A DNA stretch of 64,000 bases, taken from positions 64,489,245 through 64,553,244 of the forward strand of contig NC_068984.1 of NCBI RefSeq assembly GCF_001194135.2, written 5' to 3'. The translations under genes and the position numbers were made by a program. The notes beneath the pieces were generated by a model. That model did no database searches. It saw only the letters and a list, made by a program, of their open reading frames with translations, and was not told the origin of the DNA. The stretch's first letter is position 1. Each line of letters begins with the position of its first letter. This stretch comes from Octopus bimaculoides (Eukaryota). This document shows, in pieces, positions 27,890-40,104 of the stretch.

Positions 27890-28090
27890 TTGTGTTTGTC
27901 CCCCTAGCATTGCTCGACAACCGATGCTGGTGTGTTTGTGTCCCCATCACCTAGCAGTTCGGCATAAGAGACCGATAGAATAAGTACTAGGCTTACAAAG
28001 AATAGGCCCCGGGGTCGATTTGCTCGACTAAATGCGGTGCTCCAGCATGGCTGCAGTCAAATGACTGAAACAAGTAAAAGAGTAAAAGAG
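27890..28090 (+). mobile_element. SINE family A, 3' half (young)
   Basis: GACAACCGATGCTGGTGTG...GATAGAATAAGTACTAGG...GAAACAAGTAAAAGAGTAAAAGAG. Confidence 0.88.
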
Positions 28091-29759
28091 ATATACACAT
28101 ACACGTATATATATATATAAGTTGTTTTTTATTATTCTATCTTGTTTCCACAACGTTCTCATAGAAGTGGTACTTTAAATACTCTTAAGACTATACAATG
28201 TGACAAGGGGTAAGCCTAAAACAATTCTTCTTAATCTAGAAGTGGTGACAAATTACTGAGTGATATATTATTACATATACAAAAGTGATAACAATTATAT
28301 AAATCATGACGAAAAATAACATCAATATTCTAATGCTGTTTCTTCTTTTTGTCATGAGCTGAATGAATCTGCCACAGAGCAGTGAAAACCAAAGTGGAAC
28401 ATGGAAACTATAAGCATAAAAGGAGAAATTAAACACTGAACACCACTCATCAGCCATAGAGACCAGAAGCTGAGAAGTTGTGACGTAATTAAAGTGTCAA
28501 AACTACCCAGGTTCTGGTCTCTATAGCTGGTATATCGATACACACATATAGTTACATTCATTTACATATGGATATCCTGGTTTTGGAATAACTGTACCTG
28601 GTGCCTGCTACCGATGTTATTTGAGTGATTTTTTCCCTTTTTTTGTGTTAATGCAAACAAACCTTTATGAAGGAAACCTATGACAAAATTCAGATATGTT
28701 GCTATCTGAATTTCATTTCAAAACCTTTTCTTGCTTATAAGTTTTGATTCAACAAAGTTAAACAAAACTAGACACAAATATTGACAATAACAACTGTCTT
28801 GTGTAATCTTTGCACTAGTATTTCTATATTTAATTAAATTCTAATCAGCCATGTGCGTAAAAGACAATTATACTTAGCGTTTAAAGATTCCATGGAAATA
28901 TAGACTAAAAGAAAAAAAAAAGTATTCTAAATTGAACTGGAATCAGCATATTAATAAATTTTATATTTTTACTTTTCTTTCTCAGAAAACAGGGTCTTAT
29001 TTCCCTGTTATTGAATTTAAGTAACTTATAGCAATCTTGGGACATCATAAACTTTGGCAATGCATAAATGCTTTTGCTAATGATTTCTTCCAGTTGATAT
29101 CGATCAGGAATGAATTATTCTAAATAATAAAAGAAAGTAAATAAAAGAATCATAACTGATTAAGCTATCATCTAAATTTAGCATTTGGTATAGATAACAT
29201 TGTAAAAATAGATGATATTGAAGATCTGGTTCTTATGTTATGGACACAGTGGTAATGTATGCACATGCGTGTGTGTGTGTGTGTGTGAACTGTTCTAGTT
29301 CTTGCCAAGGAATGTTCAAACTAATCACGAAGGCAAAAATCATTGATTGCTTTGCTCTCTTCAACTTCTTTTATTGGAAATTCGCTAACCTGAAGACATA
29401 AAAATAATACAAAACAAATAAACAAGAAAGGAAAAATAAAAGAGAAATATATCCTTAGATACTGTCACATTCGGAGATAGATGGATATAAAATTGCTATA
29501 TATCATTCAGTTTCCAGTGATTAATGTCTCTTTTATTTTTTTATTTTTTGTTGTTACATTTCATGCATCTTCTTCAAACAAGAGTTATTTGTAGCCAATG
29601 CTTAAACATAAGTAAACCTTCAATGATTTAATTAAATATCATGTGGAAGTTGTCCAATAAAACGTAATGTCATATTGCCTCTTCCTTTCATCTCTTTATA
29701 TTTCTCAGATATAGTACACTGGCAATCATATCCCGCCTCAAATAATTATATTAATACTG

Positions 29760-31070
29760 ATTTCTAGCATAGGTAAAATGCAACAAAGTTTAAGTGAAGG
29801 AAGCAATTAATTATATTGACTCTAATACTTGACTTCTACTTCATTTTACAGATCCTAGGAACCTGAAGGGCAGACTGACCTTAGTAGGATTTTAAGTCAA
29901 AACTTAAAGGGGCATAAACTAAATGAGCACAACATTTTGCTTAATATTCAACTGATTCTGAAAAACCACTGCACTTTAATAATAATAATTATTCTTTCTA
30001 ATTTTGGCATTTCACCAGAAATTATTGAGGGGAGGGGCAAGTCGATTACATCAAACTCAATACTTGGCTGCTTCTTTATCTCAGTGACCCTGAAAGAATG
30101 AAAAGCAAAACTACCCTGGGCATAATTTGTCCAACATTCTAACAATTAGGCCAGCAATTTTTGGGGAGGGGTTAAGTTAATTACATTGACTCCAGTGCTC
30201 AACAGGTATTTATTTTATCAACCCTGAAAGAATGAAGGGCAAAGTTGACCTCAACAGAATTTGAACCCAGAACATAAAGACCGACAAAATGTCACTAAGC
30301 ATTTTGCTCAGAGTGGTAATAAATCTGCTAGCTTGCCACCTTTACAACAACAACAATAATAATGATGATGATGATGATAATAACAATAATAATAATAGTT
30401 TCTGATTTTGGCACAAGGATAGCAATTTGTGGAGGAGGGGATTAGTCAATACTATTGATTCCAGTACTCTGCTGGTACTTATTTTACTGAATTACGACAA
30501 AGTTACATTGGCAGGTTTTGAACTCAAAATGTGAAAAGGCAGAACAAATACTACAAAGCACTACATATTATCCAAAATTCCAACAATTCTGTCAATAATA
30601 ATAATAATAATAATATAATGCAGCAAGACAAAAGAGATGTATTTGTCATTAAGGTAGGCCTTAATGCCAATGACTGTGACAAATAGTGTCTTTTGAAGTG
30701 ACTTCAACACACTGAAACTGGCACACAGTTTATCAACCCCAGAAAGGTGAAAGGTGAACTCAGATCATTAATGGCACTACCTAAATACACCTTGTCCAGT
30801 AACAGTTAGGATTTCTGCTATTCCATAGGCTTGCTATAATGATAAAAATGACAATGATTTCAAAGATAGGCCAAATGCCACAGATATTTGAGCAGAAGTA
30901 TGTTCAATGAAATTAAAACCAACATTTGGTGAGTACTTATTTTATGTATTCTCAAAAAATGGAAAGCAAAATTGACCCAATTTAGAATTAAACTTAAAAT
31001 CTAAAGGGACATAACTAAATAGCACAAGACACTATTATATCCAACACTGTGGATTCTGCTACACTTAGAG
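29760..31070 (-). mobile_element. Cluster of about 5-6 co-oriented, decayed family B SINE copies
   Basis: The core motif (TACTTATTTTA..ACCC.GAAAG.ATGAA.GCAAAGT) recurs near 29830, 30090, 30210, 30470, 30730 and 30930. Confidence 0.7.
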
Positions 31071-32334
31071 TTATAACAATATATGAGATTCTTGATTATT
31101 CTTTTATTTTAGCAATGGTGTATAAAATAATTTAAGATAAAAATGTAAATAGAGTTCTGTGCTTTGTTCAGATACAAAATACATCTGCTGTTAGACAAGA
31201 CTCATGACAATAATAATGAATGTATTATTATGTGGTTTCACAAGGTAATGTTCTAATTTGCTTCAATTGGTAGCAGTATATTGGTGCCTTTTGTCTAAAT
31301 ACAAAATCTTACATTTTGTGAGATACAGAGGCAGGATACTGCAACTCTCACAGCTTTCATCAGGACATTAGTTAACATTAGATAAGTGAAATAATTTTGA
31401 CCAAAACTTGAATCTGCATCTCAGTTTGCTTGTGCATTATCTTATTTCATGTTGTATGAGATTTGTTGCATTTAAAATACTGGAAGAAACTAGTAGGTAA
31501 ATAGCATTTACTAGAAGCCCTACATTGTCAAAGGCTATGTTAAATGTTTGACAAGACTATTGTGCCAGTAACTTTTATGAACAAGTGGAAGTTTAAGGTT
31601 GCTCAAATACCCAGAATACTTATGAGATCCTAGACACTTTAAATTAAACAAATTACAATAATCAAATTAAATGCCAATGGTAAATAGGCAGGCTAATACC
31701 TAGACTTGTCACTCAACTTCTCTATTCCAATGCACTAAACTCATCAAAAATAATTGAGCTTAATTGTTCTTTAATAAATAAGATTGGGTGAATAAATCTG
31801 ATTATTACTTGATATACTATAGCACCTAATGCTAACCATACCCACTAAATTAAATTGGTATTTTTAAGTATGTAAGAAACAGTTTACTGTGAACAGTTTC
31901 TAATTTAACCTAATGCATTAAGTAAAGCTGTAGTAAAGATAAGTTTAAATTAATAGTGACATGTTCAATATCATATTATGTAAGAGTTGCGTATCAGGAG
32001 TGATTATTTAACTTGTGTATTTTCTTTGCTCAAGTAACAAACCTACACATTAGTGAATTCATGTAATGTAGCATTTAAGCTTTGCTTTGGGGTTTGGTTT
32101 TTAAAAGAGTTCAGAATCTATGAGGGAAAGGCCTACCTATTCAAAATTACCTCATAATTCATTACATGTAAATTGTTGCTGTTGGGAGGGAGATTAGCTT
32201 CTAAATGCTTCAAAAATATCACTTACTAATATTGAGCTTTAGGTAAAATAATAAATACTTGACCTGTTGTATTCATTCCGATTACCTAACCACTCCATCT
32301 CCACTGTAGCCCAACTCAGTGAAAGGACATCTGA

Positions 32335-32551
32335 GTCACTTGAGTTGTTTAACAACCTCACTAGTGTTGGTGCCATGAAAAAAGCATCCAGTACACTCTG
32401 TAAATTGATTGATATAAGGATGAGCATCTAGCTGTAGAAACCATGCCAAGGCAGATATTGGAGTATGATGTAGTCCTTGAACCCACTGGATCTTGTTGAG
32501 CTGTCCAACCCATGCCAGCATGCATGGAAGATGAACATTAAAATATGATGA
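32335..32551 (+). mobile_element. RTE-type 3' tail fragment
   Basis: ACCTCACTAGTGTTGGTGCCATGAAAAAAGCATCC...CCAACCCATGCCAGCATG...ACATTAAAATATGATG. Confidence 0.7.
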
Positions 32552-33045
32552 CAAACTAGCTAGGTTTTTAATTCATAATCCTTTTTTAAAATTTAGGGGC
32601 ACTTTATAACATATGGTTAATCCAGCACAGTAGTTGAATCCAATATATTACTTTGATTCATAATGTATTTTATATTAGGAACTAGACATTGAATCAGACA
32701 TATATTGCAATTTTTCTTATCTTGGCTATCTTTGCTATTATATTCACAATATGATGCATCTCGCAAAGGCAGAAGTACAATCAATTACATCAGTCTCACA
32801 ATATTACTGATATATATTTATCAATATAGTTATATAATTAAGAGGCTCACTTTGCAATCAGAGTGAGTTCAATCTCATTCACTATTGCAGTTCCTTGGGT
32901 ATGTGTCTTTTACCAGAGCTGTAACTAAACCCTAAGCCTTTAGAGTAAATTTGGATAGACAGTAACTGTAAAGGGGACTGTCTTAGGTGGTAGGCTTAAG
33001 CTGTTGTCTGGCTCACTGCCATCACTTGCTCTTGGATGACTTTAA

Positions 33046-33257
33046 CCCTTTCATTATTGTATTTTTTTTTTAGATGCTGTGTGTTTCTTTCAGTTACTTT
33101 AAATATATCAAAGAATTTAGTAAAATAACTTTCAGCTAGTGTTAGGAACATAAATTGTGACTAAGATTAGGTGGAAGATTTTAATTCAAAACTTATGAAA
33201 ACAAGACATTTGTACTCAGAGCCGGAGGTAGTCTCAGTTGGGTTGGTAACGAAAGGG
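33046..33257. mobile_element. 212-bp piggyBac-type MITE
   Basis: TTAA at 33042-45 and 33258-61. Termini are CCCTTTCATTA and TAACGAAAGGG. Confidence 0.8.
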
Positions 33258-34399
33258 TTAAGAGAGTTCGTTCTGTTGCATTTGGATCAGATATGCAATC
33301 TAAGTGAGAAGAACTAGATATCAAATTGTCCAGTTTCATACTGCAGTAACACATGAATTGTATTGTTTCTTTCTTCTTTTCCTCTTCCAGTAATGAAGAC
33401 CCTGTTAAAAGTTATGGGCATTTCTCTTTCTCTTCTGACTTATCTTTAAAACATAGACACACATTCACATTAGAAGATTAAATGATTGACTATTAAATCA
33501 ACCCTGGAAAGATATGAGCTCAACTTTTGTAAAGCATCAATTAATATGCCATAAAAATGAATAGCTTTATACGACTGTTAACTCTTATTTGTTATATTCA
33601 ATAATGATTTTCTTGCACTAGGTCAATCATAGGCAACATTTTACAAGAAGTGAGTCACATGAGACATGCATGGCTCATCACCAGACAGGCCACACTACTA
33701 AAAGAGTCAAGGTAATTTTTTTTATTTGGCATGCCATTCAGAAAGTCTATGTCTTCACTAGGTACTTAAGCCAAATAATTTTCAGGAGAGGAGTATATTG
33801 AATAGATGCTTTCTCTAATCCAACCAATATATTACTGTAACTATATATTATTGACTCAATGGAATTTTACAGTATGAGAATATTCACTTCTGACAAAAAT
33901 TGAATTCTGGACTGTTGAAATACCAAAAGACTTGTCTAGCTTTCTATCAGGTAGGTCATTTCCAGTAACCCACGAAGTCAAAAAAAAGAAAAGAAAAGAA
34001 GTTGCAATAACAACTGCCGGAAATACCAATCTATAATGAAACGCTGCCCAAACACTAAACAGGAAATACTCATATTTCATTACATAATGTATTTATACTA
34101 ACACAAGATATTGCTTAATGTGATATAAAAAAAATGGAATTAATAAATATATATAAATATGTATATATAAAATAAAAATTAAATATGTGGTTAAGAAGAT
34201 CAAACATCTACTTTAGAATTTGATATATCAAAAGTGATTACAAATCATATTTTATGAAAATATAAACTTACAAACAACAGAGGAAGGAAGAAGTACTCAT
34301 GCACAGAGAAACATACACAAATAACAAATACATATATACTACCCATATACATATACACACACACACACACGCACACACACACACGCACACACACACACG

Positions 34400-34446
<47 letters not shown>

Positions 34447-34556
34447 NNNNNNNNNNTTATACATACTCATTTACATATATAGACATATATCTACACACAC
34501 ATACATATATACACACATAGACATAATATGTGCATATGTGTATACAAATACCTATC

Positions 34557-34631
<75 letters not shown>

Positions 34632-34721
34632 ACACACAATACATTACATACAGTAATTTATCTTTCTCTCTCTCTCTTTATTTATCTATCTATCTATCTA
34701 TTCATCTATCTATCTCTCTCA

Positions 34722-34754
<33 letters not shown>

Positions 34755-36109
34755 CATACACACACACATGCACACTCACAAAGAAGGAGAGAGTGAGAAA
34801 GAAAGAGAATAAAGAGAGTAAAAAAATGTTGCTAAGTGTGATTAATTGCACAGAAACGTATTTATATATGTGTATCTCAAAAGTGATTCAATCAAAAATA
34901 GATTATATTCTTTGATAAATACAAGTAATTAATTTGATTTACTTCATTTCTCCCAGGCATTTTGATTTAGCAGTGAGTGGAAAAAAAAAAAGAAAACTTA
35001 AATATACTACAATATTTTTTTCCACTTTGCTGCGCTTAACTACCATATAGGATTGGCATGTAAAACAATATTTAGAAATCTAACATAAACAAAAATAATT
35101 TTAAACAAATATAGATGTTAATCAAGCATTTTATGATTGCACTTGGCATTTCATAGTGATAAGCTACACCATCTACAATTCTGTTTACAGTTATAGATGG
35201 TATAAACGACAACACCCAAACACTAATGTCCAAACATTAAAGCAGTCAGGAAGCTGATATGATGAATTTGAAGTGGCATCTATTATCATATCATCCAAGA
35301 GTTACTTAATGTAAAGAATAGCCCAGTACAACATTAGTCTTGTTTTTGATTTTATGAAAATAAAAGGAAAATAAAATTAAAAACCAGAATTTTAGAGGAA
35401 TACTGATGGTATGCATTGGAAAATGTTAGTTTAGTTCAATAAAGCTTAAAAATGGATTATGCAGGTGAGATGAGAAAAAAAATATTTCTAATGATGCGGA
35501 AAATTTTCTTTCAGAAAATGACCCGAAATATCAGAATGTATTTTCTTATTTGTTATTTTTTTCTTGGTTTTTTAACAGTTCAGGCAAAGGAGAAAGGGCA
35601 GTGCCCATTAACTTTTTACAGAATCATTGAGACTTGCTAATGAAACAGAAGAAAGAAAAGAAAACCTACAGATTATTCTCAGATTGTAGATTTAGTCCAC
35701 ATGTTTGCAAGAGAGTGAATTCTGTTAAAGGCACCATGGGGCTAAATTGTTCTTCTCCTTTTTTACCTTTACTATTACTTTTTTACCTTTACTATTACTG
35801 TTATATATCTTATACCTAGTACAGACTTTCTAGATATTGTTTATCATGGATTATGAATGCATCTCACTAACCGGCCAGAAAATGTTTCTTTATTATTAGA
35901 TATCTGCATAATTCAACAAGTCATATGATTGCTCCAAAGCCAAAAGTTGAACACACTCAAACTGTTTAAACACATTTTTAACTAGTAATTATATCATCCA
36001 TTAATGTTAGACTAAATTCCATCATTGGCATCAACATTTTGATAAACCTTTTATTATGCTGGTAGAAGAAATCTATTTTATAGTATATCACTACCCATCT
36101 CAGTTATAT

Positions 36110-36480
36110 ACTATCTCATCTGTGGAGCTCAACATCATGAGATCTAAATTCACCACTTCTTCCAATGTCTTCTTTGGTATTTTTCTATAAACACATGGCT
36201 TTTTAACTTTTGGCACTCAGTATCCATTTCCTTCAAATTTTATACCAATGTAGCTGTCTCTCATACACATATTCTCTCAACCCTATAATATGCAGTGGTT
36301 TCCTTAGTCCTATATCTCATATAAATTAACATTACATATCCCTAATGATACTCATTTTTCTTCAATCTATGCACATTTTCCCAAATTTAATATACATGTT
36401 TCACAACCATGCATCATTACTCTTCCAAAACAAGCTTCACACAGCCTGCACAAAGTGGGAAAAACCTTTTGATTCCTGCA
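36110..36480 (-). mobile_element. Old RTE LINE RT C-terminal remnant
   Basis: Minus-strand peptide fragments VMMHGCET and RQLHWY match RTE MLHG.ETW and RLRWYGH. Confidence 0.45.
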
Positions 36481-37584
36481 GTGGTAGCAATACTTAACTT
36501 TTTCTTTACCACTTTATTTCTGATGTCACATCAATTTCTAAGCATTAACAAATCATTCTACAACACTCAAACACAACGAACTTCCAAAATATCTGTAATA
36601 TTTAGGCTCTTTTCTATGTACAATAATTTGAAGTTACTGGAGTATATAATCTACAGCAATATAAGCTTCAATGTATGATTTTTATTCCTTGATCACAAGG
36701 AGTTTAGTATGATTTCTGACAGTTAAGATACCATGAAACCATGAAAGACAGATGAAATCCTTTATTTCCTAGTATACTTAATAAAACCTTAAAATTCTAT
36801 TTCAGATGAATGATATTCATATAACCCCAAGTTACAAACTGAAAGGAGCAAAGTTGATTAAGTTATATATATAAAGCCTGGAAGAATAAGGACCAAAGTC
36901 AACTTCTATGGGATTTGAACAGAAAATATAACACTGCAGCATATTGTTTGTTCAATATGCTACTGATTCTACTTATATAGGAAAATCTCTACACAGCACA
37001 TGAAAGGACAGGAAAAAAAGATCTAATGAGATATGACAGATAAAACATCTGATATCATTTCATGCAAGCCGCTCTACTCTTTCTATTCTAAATTAATAAC
37101 TTTATCCAACATATCAGTTTCAAATGCAGACTACAAACTTATAACTCTAATAAAATGGAGTCTAACAAAGTTACTTTTTATAGCATACATTAGAATGTTG
37201 TAAAGCTAACTTTAATAGATGACTTGATGTCTATTATATTTCCAGATAAACTGAGGCAAATGGAAATAAATGTATCGCCCCAAGACACAATAGGATGAAA
37301 TGAACTGATAATCCAACAACTGAAAGTTTACTGTTTTATTTAATGGATATTTCTTTATATGTGTGTATCATACTGAAGACATGATAATATTGTCTAATTT
37401 TGAACAAAACAAGATGATATACAACTAATTTAATTTTGATGCATTGTTGAACTAAGTAGCGAATATAATATATTCACTCCTTTTATGCATGGAGTATTTT
37501 CATTTATTTTTAAACACAAATGCTCCCTGATTCACACACATACAAACACCATCATTATTTTCATCATGATCGTTTTTTACCTGT

Positions 37585-37980
37585 ACACCTGCTTTTCCAT
37601 GCTTGCCTGTGACAGTGTATTGCTATTTGTCATATCTTTTGTGAAATTCAACTTATTGAGATCGGCTTCAACCACTTTTTCTTATATCTTCCTTGGCCAT
37701 ATGCTTCAACAAGTTCCTTTTGCTTGTATTGCTTGGCACTTTGAAATCCAACTTCCATCTTCAGTATGTATCATGTTTGTATCACAAGCTCTCAATCTTC
37801 CATGCTATATGTGATTCTTCATATATCCAATTTTCTGTCATCATTTGTGTGCTGACATTCATGCACATTAACATTACACATTTAGCTTACTTAATTTTGT
37901 TTCTAGCCTTCATGCATCCTGTGCCTACATTACTCATGTTTGATTACTGTGTAAAATCATGCTTTGTGTACAAGAATCAT
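37585..37980 (-). mobile_element. Old RTE LINE 3' remnant
   Basis: The minus strand shows decayed equivalents of MCNVSVH and the GRPRKTW.EVV..DL..L..TK.MT region. Confidence 0.55.
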
Positions 37981-38069
37981 ATAATCTGCCCTTTGCTAAA
38001 AGAGAAAAATCCTCAAGTTTCCAGCAGAAATAATAGCTCTGAATTTTACACCTTGTTCTTACTCTAGTT

Positions 38070-38460
38070 GTGGAGGCACAATGGCCCAGTGGTTAGGGCA
38101 GCGGACTCGCGGTCATAGGATCGCGGTTTTGATTCCCAGACCGGGCGTTGTGAGTGTTTATTGTGCAAAAACACCTAAAGCTCCACGAGGCTCCGGCAGG
38201 GGATGGTGGCGAACCCTGCTGTACTCTTTCACCACAACTTTCTCTCACTCTTACTTCCTGTTTCTGTTGTGCCTGTAATTCAAAGGGTCAGCCTTGTCAC
38301 ACTGTGTCACGCTGAATATCCCCGAGAACTACGTTAAGGGTACACGTGTCTGTGGAGTGCTAAGCCATTTGCACGTTAATTTCATGAGCAGGCTGTTCCG
38401 TTGATCGGATCAACTGGAACCCTCAACGTCGTAAGCAACGGAGTGCCAACAAAACAAATA
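38070..38460 (+). mobile_element. Full-length, apparently young tRNA-derived SINE with an 11-bp TSD
   Basis: Perfect A-box TGGCCCAGTGG, B-box-like GGTTTTGATTCC, CpG-rich body, and (CAA)-type tail. TTACTCTAGTT occurs at 38059-38069 and 38461-38471. Confidence 0.9.
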
Positions 38461-39692
38461 TTACTCTAGTTACCATATATTTGGTACCCTCTCTTGTGCT
38501 ACTTATTAGATCACCTAGCATTCAGGAGCTATCAATTATTTCTAGGAAACCTGAAGATTTCAAATTATTTCATGAGTGCTTTGATAAACTAACTACTAAG
38601 CATCTGCACAAGAAATACCTTTTTCTCTGTCAACCTGATTGAAGGGTTAACGTCTTTTGTGCTCTCATACTTTGCATAATTTGGTACAGAGTTACTACCT
38701 GATTAGTATTCTGCATATTATGGTCACTGTCTTAATGGTAGTAAGATTCTGTCTTCTTCCCTTCTAAATGTTTTGCTATTGCCTGATTTAATTAAAAACA
38801 CTTCAATTCTTTGCTTTGTTTCTATGCTCAAAATTCTTCTCAAATTCTGTAACAGATTCAGCAATGAGAATTAAAACCATCACTGTACAAGAGTGTCCAC
38901 AGAAAGCCGTATTGTAATCTCACCTGTTATGGCTTGAATAACTATGACAAAGAGGTGGAAGCTGAGAGTTAAATCCTGGTGGACATCTAGATGCATTCTA
39001 AATTCCTCAATGTTAACTCTTGCATTGCTAACAATGCCTTTTTGTCTGAGTTGCACATCTCTCAAAAGACATTTATCTACACCCGGTTTTCTTGGTAATC
39101 ACTGCACTACAGGACAGAAAACCTTGTGAAAGAGCTTTTCCAAGCCAACAAATGCTAGATATAACAGTTTGCTCTTAGCTAAAAATTACTTTGATAACTG
39201 GCTCACTAAGAAAAGGAATTGATGATACATCATCCAGACACAATGCATTTTGTTTAATTTGATTGCCTTTCAAATTAATTATGAAATAAACCTCTTTCAC
39301 GCTTATAATTTGGTTCAACAGTTTCATATCTCCATAGCTGCTTCTTTCGAGATGCTTTCAGTCATTGAAGTAATATAAACATATTGGTGTTACATATGCA
39401 CACGTGCGCACACATGTATACATAATACATTGCACTAAAATCATTTCAACCATTGGTCATCTTTGAGTACCTGAAGATGATCAGTGGTATAATGTAATGC
39501 AAATTATTAAGTAAAAGAATATGGAACTCTACACCTGTATTTTGTAATGAGCACAAAGAGGGGAGTTCCATATTCACTAAGTATGAGCAAGGAGCCACTA
39601 AACACAACAGAATGAAAGGAGAAATAAATAACACTAATACTACTTACATTATCTACATTTGACGGATATTTGCCCTCATCTTGTTTGCTGTT

Positions 39693-39738
39693 AACACAAC
39701 GTTTTGGCTGATATACCCACCAGCCTTCATCAGGTATC
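39693..39738 (-). ncRNA. Minimal type I hammerhead ribozyme motif, G12A copy
   Basis: Minus strand reads GATAC-CTGATGA-A-GGCTG-gtgggtatat-CAGCC-AAAA-CGTT-GTGTT. Stems I and II and the palindromic ACGT stem III are intact. GAAA is mutated to AAAA. Confidence 0.75.
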
Positions 39739-39971
39739 TTGGGGAAATTTCAAATCTGGGTTCTCATTCCTAAGATATTTTTCGATGTTATTACTACTAT
39801 TATTATTATTCAGGTCACTGCTTGGAATCAAACTTGGAATCTTAGCATTAGTAGCCTGAGCTCTTAACCACTATGCCATATACCTGTAGTGGTTAAGAGC
39901 GTGGGCTACTAATCCCAAGATTCAGAGTTCAATTCCAAGCAGTGATCTGAATAATAATAATAATAATAATG

Positions 39972-40017
<46 letters not shown>

Positions 40018-40058
40018 CAACATCGCAAAATGAGAACCCAGGTTCAAAATTTCTCCAA

Positions 40059-40104
40059 GACACCTGATGAAGGCTGGAGGGTATATCAGCTGAAATGTTG
40101 TTTT
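40059..40104 (+). ncRNA. Minimal type I hammerhead ribozyme motif, degenerate copy
   Basis: GACAC-CTGATGA-A-GGCTG-gagggtatat-CAGCT-GAAA-TGTT-GTTTT. Intact CUGAUGA and GAAA core boxes and a 5-bp stem II. Stem III is altered (ACGT to ATGT) and stem I has one mismatch. Confidence 0.75.

Noticed and set aside
31330-31370. Further hammerhead-like CTGATGA motifs (also 20507-20540 and TTGATGA at 1428-1450)
   Set aside because: They lack a correctly placed stem II plus GAAA and stem I pairing.
33870-33930. Alternative phase 1-1 linker exon (KSFGISTVQNSIFVR)
   Set aside because: Purine-rich acceptor and weak GTGAAT donor; the 24432-24470 exon fits far better.
38070-38150. tRNA gene (also the heads at 39840-39950 and of SINE families A and B)
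   Set aside because: A and B boxes are present but there is no complete cloverleaf or acceptor stem, and each continues into a repeat body; these are SINE heads.
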